From assembly GCF_000315625.1 (NCBI RefSeq), contig NW_005434594.1, positions 56,482 to 120,481 of the forward strand: a stretch of DNA of 64,000 bases, in the 5' to 3' direction. Source of the stretch: Guillardia theta CCMP2712 (lineage: Eukaryota > Protista > Cryptophyta). Below are positions 1 through 11,799 of the stretch, in pieces. Position 1 is the first letter of the stretch; each line of letters opens with the position of its first letter. A model generated the notes under the pieces. The model was not told the origin of the DNA. It saw nothing but the letters and a program-made list of their open reading frames with translations, and searched no databases. The position numbers were made by a program, and so were the translations under genes.

Positions 1-199
1 ACCACCCCCCACCTCCCCCCTCTTCTTTTTCCTCCTCCCTCCTCCACCCGCCCCTCCCCCCTTCTTTTCGATCCCCCCCTCCCCGCCGTCCCCCCTCACC
101 CACGCCCCCCACCAGCCCCAGAGCACCCCACCCCCCCCCGTTCCGCCCCCCCCCCCCCCCCCCCCCTCCTCCTCTCCTCCTCCCCTGTCCCCCTCCCCC

Positions 200-3100
200 T
201 CCCTTCACCTCGTCCTTCATCTTTGTGATCGTGGTCCTGTGCTGCTCCACCTCCTCCTTCAAGGCCTCGCTCGACTTTGCGTGCTCGTTCCTCTCCTGCT
301 CCAGCTGAGTGTGGAGGTCAGAACCATGGAGAACGATCGGGGGAGGGGGAACAGGGGAAGGAAGGAGAAGAAAGGAGAGGAGGGAGCCAGGGGCGAGACA
401 CGCAGTGTGTGGGTGTGTAATGGTGATGGTGGTGGTAGTGGTTGAGGAGGACAGGAGGGGAGAGGGGGTTCGAAGACAAGGAGGAGCACGGGCAGAAGGA
501 GGAGGACGAAGACGAAGAGGAGGAGGAGGTGGTGGTGGTGGTGGTGGTGGTGGAGGAGGAGGAGGAGAGTTCAACCTTGTCCCGCACTTCGTTGCTTGCT
601 CGAATCACGTCAGTCAGGTTGTTGACCTCCTGCTCAGCTTCCTTGGTCCTGTGCTCGAGCCCTTGGACGGACACTTGGAGGGCAGCGACGAAAGAAGTTT
701 TCTCCTGCAGCTGCTGCAGCTGCCTCTCCCCCCTACACGCTGCCCAGCAGCCCCAGGCTCTTCTTAGCTGCTTGCTCTCTACCCGCAGGTTCATCCCCTG
801 CAAGGGCAAGTTGAGCGTGCGGGAGACTGGAGGGAGGAGGAGGTGGGGGGGGGGGGGGGGGGGAGAGGATGACGAGGGCAAGAGGGCAGAGCAGGGCAGC
901 CAAAGGGAGAGAAGTGAAAAGCAAGAGGGGATGGAGAAGCAAGAGGGGATGGAGGAGTGGGAGTGGAGGAGGAGTGGGAGTGGAGGAGGATGGGGAGTGG
1001 GGTTGGGAAGGGGGAGGAGGAATGTACCAGCATTCTGAGGCGGAGCTTGTAGGAAGCGACGTGAATCTGACGCCACTGCAAGAGAGAGCAGCGAGCGTGT
1101 GCGAGGATACGCCGAGCATGCATCCTCCTCGCACTCTCCGCCCTCCTCTCCTCCATCTTCCCGCTCCTCGCCGCCTGCCGCCAGGCGTAGAGCTATGGAG
1201 GTCACCGACGTCAAATCAAATGAAGACAACAGGTAAGGGGAGAGGAGGACGAAGAAGAGACAGGCGAGGAGGAGGAGGAGGAGGAGGAGGAGGAGGAGGG
1301 AGGAGGAGGGAGCATGTTCCCTGCACTTACCGTCCTCAACTTCCATCCTTGCAACGAGCCGGAGCTGCGCAAGAAGCTTCTGCCCTCCTCCGCATACATC
1401 AAGATTCCGCAGAACCCCACACGGAGGAGGAGAAGGTCGCTCCTCCTCCTCGCCAGCAGCTCCAGCAAGCTCTCCACCTCCTCCCGCCCTCCAGCGCCTC
1501 TCAACATGGCTTCCTCCTCATCTCTCACCAGCTTGTCTCCCCTCCCAAGGCAGAGCTCCACCAGCGCTCTCTCTTTCCTCCTTGCAGCCCATCGCCTCTC
1601 CTGCCTGCTCACCCGCTGCCACCTCCTCATCGTCCTCCGGGCCCTGAGCTTGCCCTCGTCCAGGAGGAAGTGAACGCCAGCCAGCGCGCGCGACCCCCTC
1701 CTCCATCGCCATCCTGCCATTGCCCTCCGCATCAGCTGCTGCTGGGCGAAGAGCAGAGCAGCTTGTTGGGTCCAGCGCAGGAGGGAAGTGGCGGTATGGA
1801 GGAGGTGAAGTAGCATGCGCATCTTTAGTTCCTCGTCCTCCTCCTCCCTCCGCGTGCTCTGCAGTAGGACCCACATGCTGCCTTGCGCCAGCAAGCGCGC
1901 GATGCTCGTAGCCTCCCGGTCAGGACGGAGGAGGAGGAGCTTGGCGTGCTGGGCGACGCTGTGGTCGCTGCGAGACGAGAGGAGGAGGATAGATCGAAGC
2001 ATCCGCTTGCCTGCGGGGAAAGTGAGAGGAGGAGGCGCCTGCTGGAGCAGAGCGTAGCGGCAAGGATGAGAGCAGGGGAGGCAGGAGGAGGTACAAGGAA
2101 GGGGAGAGGTCAGGACAAACAAGAAAGGAGAGAGGAGAGAAGAGAGAGGGAGGAGGGAGGAGGGAGGAGGGAGGAGGAGGGAGGAGAGGGAGGAACACAA
2201 TGGAGGAGGAAGTCAGGCAGATACGCAGAGTAGCAGGATGGGAGGAAGCGGCAAGCTGGTAGGGCCTCAACTACTCACCGTCGATCCTCCTCGCAAACCT
2301 CGACACTTTGCAGGCAATCTTCAGCCATCGCATGCCCCTCCTCTTCACCCCCCGATCTCCCGCGCGCACTGCCGCTGCCTCCGCCCTCCTCCTTCTGCTG
2401 GTGCTGGCAGCTGCCCGACGGAAGCGCAGCAGCATCCTTCGCATGACGAGCAGCTCATAGAGATCGACTGCTCGCTCCATCTTCTCCTCCGTCGCCTTCA
2501 TCCTGTTTAGCTGAGCCAGGTAGTCTTCTGCCTTGGAGGATACGAATGCCTGTGGAATCCTATCAGCTTCTTCCTCACCTCTCCTCTCCTCTCCTCTCCT
2601 CTCCTCTCCTCTCCTCTCCTCTCCTCTCCTCTCCTCTCCTCTCCTCTCCTCTCCTCTCCTCTTCTCTCCGCTACTCTACTCTCCTCTTCAACACTTCTCC
2701 CCTCCCTTCTCCCCTCCCCTCTCGACCTCCCCTTTCCGACTTCGCTTTCCGAACCTTCGAGTTCTTCTACCCTCCTAACTGCCCTTTTACTTCATCGTTC
2801 TATCCTCCACCACTGTTTCCTTCTTCAGCCATCCCGCTGCTATTCCTGCCACGCCCTTCTTTCCTTCACCCTCCATTCCTATATTCCCTTTGACCCTCCT
2901 CTTCCTTCTCCTCCTGAACTTCCTCCTCGTCCTCCTGCTCTTCTCCTGCTCCTCCCATACCGCCTCGTTGGACAGCTTCTTGAAGTCGTTCCTTGCTATG
3001 CTCAAAGACGCTTCCAGCTCTCCCTTCCTCTCGCTGAGCTCCTTCAGTTGCTCCCGGTAGATCAGCTCCGCACTGCCCTCTGATGCCGAAAGAGCGTCCA

Positions 3101-6100
3101 CCTGCCGCACACATGAGCAAAAGAGCGGCTGGACTTCAAGAGGGAAGGAATGCAGGGCAAGGGGAGGATGAGGAGAGCAGGACGAGAGGAGGAGGACGAG
3201 GGGAGGAGGGCAGAAGGAGGAAGAGGAGGAGGATGAGGAGGAGGGTGAAGAGGAGGAGGAGAAGCAGAAGAAGGAAGAGGAAGAGGAGGAAGAAGGAAGG
3301 AAGGAAGAGCTAAGCAAAGAGAAGGAATGGAGGGAAGAGTAGGAGAGAGCAAGCAACAGGAGAGGTTTGAAATCTCCTTCTCCTTACCATCGCTTGCAGC
3401 GCATTCACTTTAGCCTCCAGCGGCTTCCTAGACTCTAGAGCGCTCTTCTCTACCTTCTCTCGCTCCTCCTGAAGTCGAAAATCCAGCTGACAGCCGGGCT
3501 GGTCAGACTCCGAGCAGCAGCAGTGCAGATCGTACCTCCTCCTTCATCTTCCTCTTCTCCTCCTCCTCCCTGCCACTCGTTACTCCCCTCCCTCCGGCAC
3601 CTCCTCCTCCACCTGCTCTCCAGCTCCTTCCTGGTCCTCTCCAGCTGCTCCCGGGCAGTTCTCAGCTCCTCCTCGAGCTGCTGGGCAGATTTCTTGGAGG
3701 CGGTCTTGCTGCGCTCTAGATCCTCCTGGAGCTTCTTGATGCTCTTCTCCGCCTCCTCAACGTTGGCGTTGTTCTGTGCCATCACTTCATCTACCCTCTG
3801 CCGCAAAGTCAGCCCCAAGCTCCTTCCCTCATCATCTGCTCCTCCTCCCCTTCCACTGCTCTGCTCTGCTCTGCTCTGCTCTGCTCTGCTCTTCTTCTCT
3901 GGATCTCTCCCACCTCCTTTAGCTTCAAATTCTGCTCCAGAAGATTTTCTTCCTCCTGCCGGAAAACCAACGTCAGGGTGAGGGGAGGGGAGGGGAGGGG
4001 AGGGGAGGAGAGGAGAGGAGAGAGGAGAGGAGAGAGGAGAGGACGACTTGCCTTCACGCGCGCAAGGAGGTCTGCTTGCAAAGAGCTCTTTTGCTCCTGC
4101 AGCTCCTCCATCATCCTCCATAGCTGCATCACATCCTTTGCAACGAGTTCAACATCCCGCCCAAAAGGCAGCGAGGAGGGAGGAAAGACGAGGAGGAGAA
4201 AGGAGAAGAACGAAAGGGAGGGAAGATGGGAGGGACGGAGGGAGGGGAGATGGTAAACAGAGGAAAGAGAGAGAAAGGAGCGATCGAGCCAGGCTGGAGG
4301 AAGGAGGCTGAGGTGGGAGCGGAGCGCGAGCTGAGAAGGAGGAGCACATCGGGAGTAACCTCGACTTCTCTCGTTCTCTTCTCCGATCCCGTGGGCTCCT
4401 TGTTGGCTGACGTCGCACTTGCTGACTGCTCAGCCGCTGGTACGTCCTCGAGGGAGGAGGGAGCAGCTGGGCTCCTGCTGCTGTGAGCTGCTCCTTGGGT
4501 GATGGGGTGGGGTGGGGCCCGCGGGGTCTGACCATCAGGTGGTCACATTTGGAGGGGAAGAGGAGAGAGAGAAGAGGAACGGAGAGGGTAGGGGAGAGGA
4601 GGAGAGGAGAGGAGAGGAGAAGAGGAGAGAGGAGAGGAGAAGGAGAGGGGAGGGGAGAGGAGAGGAGGAGAGGAGAGGAGAGGAGAGGAGAGGGGAGGGG
4701 AGGGGAGGGGAGGGGAGGGGAGAGGAGAGGAGAGAAGGAGAGGAGAGGAATGAGGGGAATGGTCTGATGGATCACTTACCGGAAGAGCATCGTCCCCATC
4801 ATCAGAGGCCTGAGCATGCTGCACAATGTACTTGTGCTCCAGTGAAGAAGAAATGCCTGCTCCAGCTCCAGCTCCAGCTCCAGCTCCTGCTCCTGCTCCT
4901 GCTCCTGCTCCACCCTTCTCACTGAAGCTCAGATCTGCTCCTCCGAACGACAGCCCTTTCTTTGCTCCCTCTCCCTCCCTCCTCCCACGCCGTGTCGAGG
5001 AGAAATTGTCCTGCCCAGGGAGAAACGACGGCGACTTCTCCTGCAGCCTGTCGGGGCTCATGCCGTGCTTGGAAGCGACGCGCATGCTCTGCCCTCCTCG
5101 TCCCTGCACGGGGGAGATGGTGGAGATGCTCATGCCGTGCGAGGCCATGGCTGACACTTGCGCCCTCAGCTCTCGGATAATCGATTCCCTGTCTTGCAGC
5201 GCCCTCCTCTCCCTCTCCTCCTGCTCCAGCCGGAGGTTGATGATGACGTTGGCCTGGTTGGCTAGAGCACGCATCTTGTCTTCGGCCTCCAGCTTCACCT
5301 CCTGCACGCGCGCCAGCATGCGGCTGACGCTCGACTGCTGGGCCATGAGGACCTGCGACAGCGATGAGCAAGGCTGGGAAAACAAGGATGAATGTTGGGA
5401 GGGAGTTGTGGAAGTATGAGGAGAAGGGGTAAGAGAGGATGAGGGAGGGGAGAGGACGAGGGCAGGAATAGAGAAGTGCAGTGGAAAAGGGAGGCGATGA
5501 AAAAGTAGAGGAGCATGGAGGAGAGGAGAGGAGGCTAGGACTAAAAGCACAGCAAGAACACAGGAAAGAACATGGCTAGAAGTCTCAAAACCTCTTTATA
5601 CGCCATCTCCCATTGCTCGTGATCAGGAGCAAGCTTCCTTGGCTTCGATGGCTGCGACGCAGAAACACAAAGTGTCAAGAACTTGATGGTCGTCTAAGTT
5701 CAGGTGGGAGAAGCAACTAGTCCCATCGAGATCACAAACGTCTGCGTCGCTATAACCCGTGCCTTTCTCTGTTCCCTCCCCCTCCCCTCCCCCTCCCCTC
5801 CCGCTTCCCCTCCTCCTCCTCCTCCTCCTCTTCCTCCTCCTCCTCCTCCTCATGATCATCATTTCTTCTCCTCTCGTAATTTCTCGCCTTCACTACAACC
5901 TCTGCTACCATCGTCTTGAGACAAAAACATCTCACCTGCATCTCTTTCTCAAGGATCGACATGGAGGCAGACACATCAACGTCTTTGTTGCCTGCACAAT
6001 TCCTTCAGCCTTCCTTCAACCCCTTACAGCTCCCTCACTGTTGTCGATCTTCGCTGCCCGGACTTGCATTTTCCTTGCTCAGGGCATTAGAAACGCATTC

Positions 6101-7609
6101 ATCTCCACTGACTAACTCACAAGTGCGCCAGCACCCTGTCGCGCTCCTTCGAGCCGATGGAGCTCTCAAAATCCCACATCTTCATCAAGTTCAGAGCAGA
6201 AAATCCCTCATGTTTGCAGGCAAACATTCAGCGGGAGAACAAGGTATGACGTGGGAAGGGGCATGAAAGCAAGTGCATGTCCCCCACGGATGCGAGTGAA
6301 AGGCAGAGCGTAACACCACTGATAGAAGATGCACTGGGGAAGTGCCACAGCAGGAGTATGACCTTGCAGGAGCAAGAGAAGCGGGGGGAAGGGGAAGGGC
6401 AAACAACTGCAGAAGACGAGAGAAGAGGAGACCAAGGCTGTACAAGAGCTTGAAGAACAAGCACAGGCACTATCTTACCTCGATCGACTTGCGGGTGTCG
6501 ATGGCTCTAATGTCAGGCATCTCAGCACGATTTAAGGCCGTCACTCGGCCGTAGAAGACTTGCATCATCTCAGCATGCAGCTGCATCCTCTGAATCACAG
6601 CGTCCTGGTGCGGGGCAGAGTAAGGAACACACTCACTGCAGCTGCTGACTGATCACCAGTTTCTTCTGCAGAAAGTGGTTGCTGAACATGATCTTCAACG
6701 TTTCCGCCTCTTCCTTCAACGCTACGTCGAGCACCTGTCAGCAGGATCCCGTGAGTCTCCTGCCATGGTCAAGATTTCGCGGGGCACGTTTCTCTCCGAC
6801 GGTTTGACTTCTTTGTTGTCCAGCAACTTGAGCTTCGGGAGGTTTTTGATAACATGTAGCCGATAGAACGGCCACACAGTAATGGGGTTCCCGTCCAGGT
6901 TGAGCACCTGCAACTCTGTCATGCCTCCTGTCAAACACACAAGCTCGTCGTCCTCTAGTTCAATCTCGACTCCATCATCAGCATCGACAACTTCATTCTC
7001 CTCATCATACTGACGTCCTCAGATCTCTTCGCTCTCCCCTCGCACTCGTCCCCTCACCCGCTATCACTAACTCTCCCATTGTCACCCTGTCTGTGCCTAT
7101 TTCTCTCTCACTCTCTCCTGTGTCGCTCCCCCGCTGTCTCTCTGTCTCTTTCATCTCTCATATCGACAACACACCTGTAGCTGAGGAATGTCCTGTAAGA
7201 CCTGCAGCTCTGAGAACGACTCGATGCAGTTACATGCAACGGACAGCACTCTCAGCCTTCGAAACTGCATCCTCACCGTCAGCCACAAACTTCTCACGTG
7301 CACGTTCAGCACCTGTCGGAATCCTGTCAAGCTGTTGATGCTGTTGTTGCTGAGATAGAGGATGTCCACATCAAGGAACTTGTCAGGGATGGGATCGACT
7401 TCTGTTATATTCTTCTCCACAACACTGATCTTGTTGGGCTCGACAGAGCTCGGTACCTGCCTGAGGACTTGCGACAGCTTGAGAGTCTGTCTTTCAACTT
7501 TCCCTCTCCTCCTGCTCTTTGTGGGTGAGGACCCTGCTGCTGCGGATGCTTGCTTCCGCGAGGTATTGAAGGACGAATAACTTGGTACTGCTGATATTGA
7601 CCTGCTCAT
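200..7609 (-). CDS. Large multi-exon protein: N-terminal SDS22-like LRRs + LRRcap, long coiled coils, C-terminal Sfi1-like W-containing repeats (centriolar/flagellar-type); 3' end not resolved at the window edge
   Basis: ATG at 7609 (MSRSISAVPS). Exons give ILYLSNNSINSLTGFRQ / FRRLRVLSVACNCIESFSELQVLQDIPQL / VLNLDGNPITVWPFYRLHVIKNLPKLKLLDNKEV (LRR + LRRcap). Downstream exons are E/K/Q/L heptad-rich (VEEAEKSIKKLQEDLERSK; LEQEERERRALQDRESIIRELRAQV). Motifs LMRRAMAGW, RRTMRRW, LRRAWGCW. GT-AG introns carry microsatellites. Confidence 0.75.
2578..2660. repeat. (CTCCT)n pentanucleotide microsatellite, intronic; same family at 3980-4040, 4560-4750 and 13577-13632
   Basis: Directly visible. Confidence 0.95.
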
Positions 7610-7989
7610 TGTCTGCCTTCTTTTGTTTTTCAGCTGCACGCGCTCCAACCCCTCAACTTGAGTTCATACGCCGACAACTTCGGATGAGTCGGAAAAGATG
7701 AGTAGACCTCTCAATGATCGGAAGCAATACCAACCATCCGCACCTGCTACTGAGTTGGATCAAACTCCTTGTAAGAAGCAATACCCGCCCTCCCTCCTCC
7801 CTCCTCCTGCTTGCCCCCATCTCGGTTCCGTTGCCTTGCTTGTTTGACTTACTTGTCTCTTGCTCTCCGTCTCCTCTCCATGCGCCTCCTGCCTCCTCTT
7901 CCTCCCCTCCCCTCCCTTTCGCCATTACCTCTACTTTCAAAATCTTGATCGCTGGATTGACTACAAACTTTAAACTATATTGACTAAAA

Positions 7990-8690
7990 CACCTAACATT
8001 GGAAATATTGACTATAGAGCCGTTTCAAGTCCGGCCGCAGTCAGTGCCAAGTCACGAGTTGACCCGCCGGTACCGTCGCGCGCGGGCCGCCCGGTGCCGG
8101 CCGGGGGCCCGGGCCGGGGGCGGCCGCTTGAAAACCGGGGTTAGGCTACACGGAGGCTGGCATGACAACCGTCTACGCGGGCGCCCCGGCGGCGGGGCGT
8201 GCCAGTGTGCATCCGAACCTTTTGATGACCGGGCGGCCACCAAACGTTTTCGGGCCGGAGAGTCGGAGCCTTCCGACCGTCTAAGTCACTGACTGCGGGG
8301 GCCCGGTGAGTTGCGCTTTGCGAAGTTCTGTACTGTGCCGACAGTCAAGTCGGGGACGGCAGCGCTGAATGCCATGGCAGTGATCGGATGGTCTTCCGAC
8401 ATCCGAGTCGCAAGACGTACGGTCCCAGGCTCGGATTAGTAACTTAAGTCAAGTTTTGCCAAGTTGGGGACAGCACGGTCCTCAAGATCATCTGGGGTCC
8501 GAGCGGTGAGAACCAAACCTCATCCTGCTGACTGCTTTGAGTAAAGAAAAGTGACTCAGTGTCCGACGGTGACTGAGTCACGCCCGGACGGTTAAACTTG
8601 CCACACCATGCCATGATGGCCGGGCCTCAGGCGGCCGGCGGCGGTGCCGGCCGCGGCGGCGACTCATGCCGGCCGGGCCCGATACCTAAA
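7990..8690. promoter_or_regulatory. GC-rich, palindrome-rich intergenic island between divergent genes (putative bidirectional promoter)
   Basis: Lies between ATGs at 7609(-) and 9573(+). Dense CCGG/GGCC/CGCG, TGACTCAG/CTGAGTCA words, and CTTTGAGTAAAG at 8535-8546. No credible ORF. Confidence 0.5.
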
Positions 8691-9572
8691 TAATTGATGA
8701 TGACCCCACCCCCCCAATTAAACTTATCTCCCTACCCCCACCCCCGAAAAACTACCCACCTACCACAAAACATAACTGCTAGCCATGTTTGTACCCTCCC
8801 GTGCAAGGGACTTTCGAGTCCATTTTTGCTCCACTGTACCCATACGGGTAGTACTACCCCACCCCCTCCCAAAACACGACCCCTCCGTCCCACGGAACCA
8901 GGGGATGCAATGGTTGCGCCTGCCTTTCAGGATGAACATGCGAGGAAACGCTCATGAGAGCGAGCTAGCGAGAAAGATCACGAGAAAGAATGGAGGAAGA
9001 GAGGGGAAGAGAAGACGCGGTGAAGGTAGAGCAAGAAGATCATGGTATGGTAGAGGAGGAGGAGGAGGCACAGGCAGAGGAGGAACCAAAGTCGGTACCA
9101 GAAATTGCTATTGGGAATCATGACCGGGTTAGGGATAAGGGCAGAGTAGACGGGGAAAACATGGCGGAGGATGGTACTGCAACAGATAAATGCAAGGATG
9201 AGGACAAGAACGAAGATGACAAAGAGAGTATATCGCATGTAGAGAAAAATTATGAATGGGCTATGATGTTTTGAAGTCGGATTACTGATCAGCGAGTCGA
9301 AGGTGGTGTAGAAGAGGGACAGGCAGGTATAATACAGCTGCAGTCCCATCACCTTAACCTTACTTGATGCGGAGATCATGTGACAGAGGGAGTCGTAGCC
9401 TCATGTTCGCCTCTAAATTGTTTTCCTTTCACTATTTTCCTTTCTGTTTTCTGTTGCTTCCCCTCCAATATGCTGCAATTCCATGACAAGCTTCGCTGCA
9501 GGCTGAATGGTGGTAAGAGCATACCTGGAAGCAGACATCTTGTAACCGTTTCCTACTTATCCCAAGACAAGT

Positions 9573-11534
9573 ATGTCGAAATTTCCTTCTTATCCGAACT
9601 ACGAAGTAGTTCGGCAGCTAGGTAAAGGAGGGATGGGTGTAGCGTACATAGTCAGGAGCAAGGATTCATCAGTCACGGGATTTCTTGCCTTGAAGCAAGT
9701 GCACTGCCAGAGCAAGCAGGAGGGGACTGGCGCCCTCAAGGAAGCAAAGATCCTCCGCAGCCTTTCGCACGTCAACGTAGTTCGGTACCACGACGTGTTC
9801 CTACACCTTGAACGCGGGATGCAGTTTGTCTGCACAGTGATGGAGTTCTGCCGTTCGGGCGACCTGGCTCAGCATCTCCTGCAAACGAAGCAGTCGGGCA
9901 GCCAGATCGAGGAAACGATCTGCCTCACTTGGATGCTGCAGCTGAGCACGGCGCTAGCGTACCTGCATGACAAGCGGGTGATCCATCGGGACTTGAAACC
10001 TGCCAACGTCTTCCTCCACCTCATGTCTCGCTCGGACTTCGTACTGAAGCTTGGAGACTTCGGTCTGTCAGCGACCCTGGACGGGAGGAACAGGACGAGC
10101 CAAGTTGGGACTCCCTGCTATCTCGCTCCCGAGGTCCTGTTCAACGAGCCGTACGCTGAGCCGATCGACGTCTGGGGAGTGGGATGTATCTTCTGGGAGA
10201 TGGTGTCCCTGGAGTTCCTGTACGAGAGGAAGGGCATGCTTGCTGCTAACGTTCACACCGATCCCATCACGCAGGACTCGCTTCCCCCTAAGATCAGCGT
10301 CAACGTCAGGAAACTTGTCTCCGCCTGCCTCAACAGCTCCCCTCAGGATCGACCGACGGCTCGAGAGCTCTGCAAGCACCTCCACAAGCTCCTCTCCGGG
10401 CAGCCTCTCCAGCTGGAGAAGATCAAGGTGGAGCCCCTGGACTGGACGCAGCCGCTCATGACTGGGATCGGAGCGATCGCAGAGTCGTGGTCCTCGGGAA
10501 TCAGCCAGCTGAACATTTCTGGGCTGCTGGGGCTGCCAGGGGAGGAGAGTAAGGAGGAGGGGTTCCGTTGCAACAAGTGTGGGTGGGCCACGGCGAGCGA
10601 GGATGTGGAGGAGTGCAAGTACTGCGACAGGGAGGAAGGACAGCAAGGAAGGGTACAGTCCGTGGACAAGCACGGGTACGCGAGGATCAAGAGCGCGGAA
10701 GAGGAGATCGAGGAGGCGAAGCGGGCAAGCAGTGCAGGGGCAGCTCTTGCGGGGACGCAGTCGTCCCCGTCCATCAAGACAGGAAGCGGGATGCAGACGC
10801 GCTCGCAGAAGTGGTACGAGCAGCTGCGCAAGGTGGAGAAGGAGGCGCAAGTGAGGAACGGGCTGGTCATGAATCCTCCTTCATGGATGGAGCTCAACGA
10901 CGTCGACTCGACTTCGTCCTTCTCGCTCAAGAGCCCCACCAAGTCCACGGGCTCGGGCTCGGGCTCGGGCTCGTTCAAGGGGAGGACAGGGAGCGATAAC
11001 AGGAAGGAGGAGAAGGAGAAGGGGAAAAAGACGGTCTCTGCTCCCAGCAGCTCAGACAGCATCGGCATCGTCTCGCCGCCAACGAGCTCGGAGATGCTGA
11101 ACAGCTCGAACAAGGTGGCGGAGAAGGTAGCGTTGAAGAACCACAGGGAGGCCGTGCGGCAAGGGAGGCAGTTCCAGCTCAACAAGGGGCAGTTCAAGAA
11201 GCACAAGGGACTGTTCCTTCGCTGCATCGACTCGGAGCGGGAGGACAGGCAGCTGGTGGTGAAGGATGTGCCGCTAGAGGAGGAGACGCCCTGGGACGAT
11301 TACTTGATCGAGCTTAAGAATCAGTTCGGCAGGGACGTTGTGTTCGAGTATGAGATAGCAGGGGCGATAGTGGTTGTAGAGAACGAGAAGGATTTCGAGT
11401 CGGCAGTGGACTTGGCCATGGACAGAGGAGATCAGCTGGACGTTGTTATCAAGAAGGCCAAGTGGAACAGCACGACGGAGTACTACAACATGTCGAGCAA
11501 GGCAAAGAAGCAATGGTGGAACGGCGATGTCTGA
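9573..11534 (+). CDS. Ser/Thr protein kinase, NEK/NIMA-like, with central CxxC..CxxC motif and C-terminal PB1-like domain; single coding exon, 653 aa
   Basis: LGKGGMGVAY, ALKQV, HRDLKPANVFL, KLGDFG, GTPCYLAPE, DVWGVG. RCNKCGW...ECKYCD. C-terminal PWDDYLIELKNQFGRDVVFEYEIAGAIVVVENEKDFESAVDLA fits the PB1 pattern. Confidence 0.92.
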   Translation: MSKFPSYPNYEVVRQLGKGGMGVAYIVRSKDSSVTGFLALKQVHCQSKQEGTGALKEAKILRSLSHVNVVRYHDVFLHLERGMQFVCTVMEFCRSGDLAQHLLQTKQSGSQIEETICLTWMLQLSTALAYLHDKRVIHRDLKPANVFLHLMSRSDFVLKLGDFGLSATLDGRNRTSQVGTPCYLAPEVLFNEPYAEPIDVWGVGCIFWEMVSLEFLYERKGMLAANVHTDPITQDSLPPKISVNVRKLVSACLNSSPQDRPTARELCKHLHKLLSGQPLQLEKIKVEPLDWTQPLMTGIGAIAESWSSGISQLNISGLLGLPGEESKEEGFRCNKCGWATASEDVEECKYCDREEGQQGRVQSVDKHGYARIKSAEEEIEEAKRASSAGAALAGTQSSPSIKTGSGMQTRSQKWYEQLRKVEKEAQVRNGLVMNPPSWMELNDVDSTSSFSLKSPTKSTGSGSGSGSFKGRTGSDNRKEEKEKGKKTVSAPSSSDSIGIVSPPTSSEMLNSSNKVAEKVALKNHREAVRQGRQFQLNKGQFKKHKGLFLRCIDSEREDRQLVVKDVPLEEETPWDDYLIELKNQFGRDVVFEYEIAGAIVVVENEKDFESAVDLAMDRGDQLDVVIKKAKWNSTTEYYNMSSKAKKQWWNGDV

Positions 11535-11799
11535 GGATGAAACATGCTCCCCTTTCCCTTCCTCCCCTCCCCGTTCCTCTCCTTTCTCTGTCATCCCCTC
11601 CCCTCCCCTCCCCTCCCCTTCCTTCACTCATTCTTTCCCTCATCCTTCTCATCCTGCGATAAAACTTGTTGTTCTCCTCGCTCCCTTCCTCCCTCCCCTC
11701 TCAGCAGACGATCTACCTCCGACTTGACCTCTCCAGGTTGGCAGTGAGACTTCATCTTTGAAATCTATTCTTCAGATGTTAAACACTATACACCATCAT

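Noticed and set aside
1-200. Poly-C-rich start of the window as telomeric or regulatory sequence
   Set aside because: Irregular C runs with no repeat unit; looks like a low-complexity or low-quality intronic tract.
8990-9274. 94-aa acidic ORF (and antisense hydrophobic ORF 8978-9379)
   Set aside because: GA-rich low complexity with no domain; could be 5' UTR or uORF of the kinase. Not supportable as a gene.
10068-11227. Long antisense ORFs over the kinase (also 28401-29153 and 53981-54778)
   Set aside because: Shadow ORFs expected opposite GC3-rich coding sequence.
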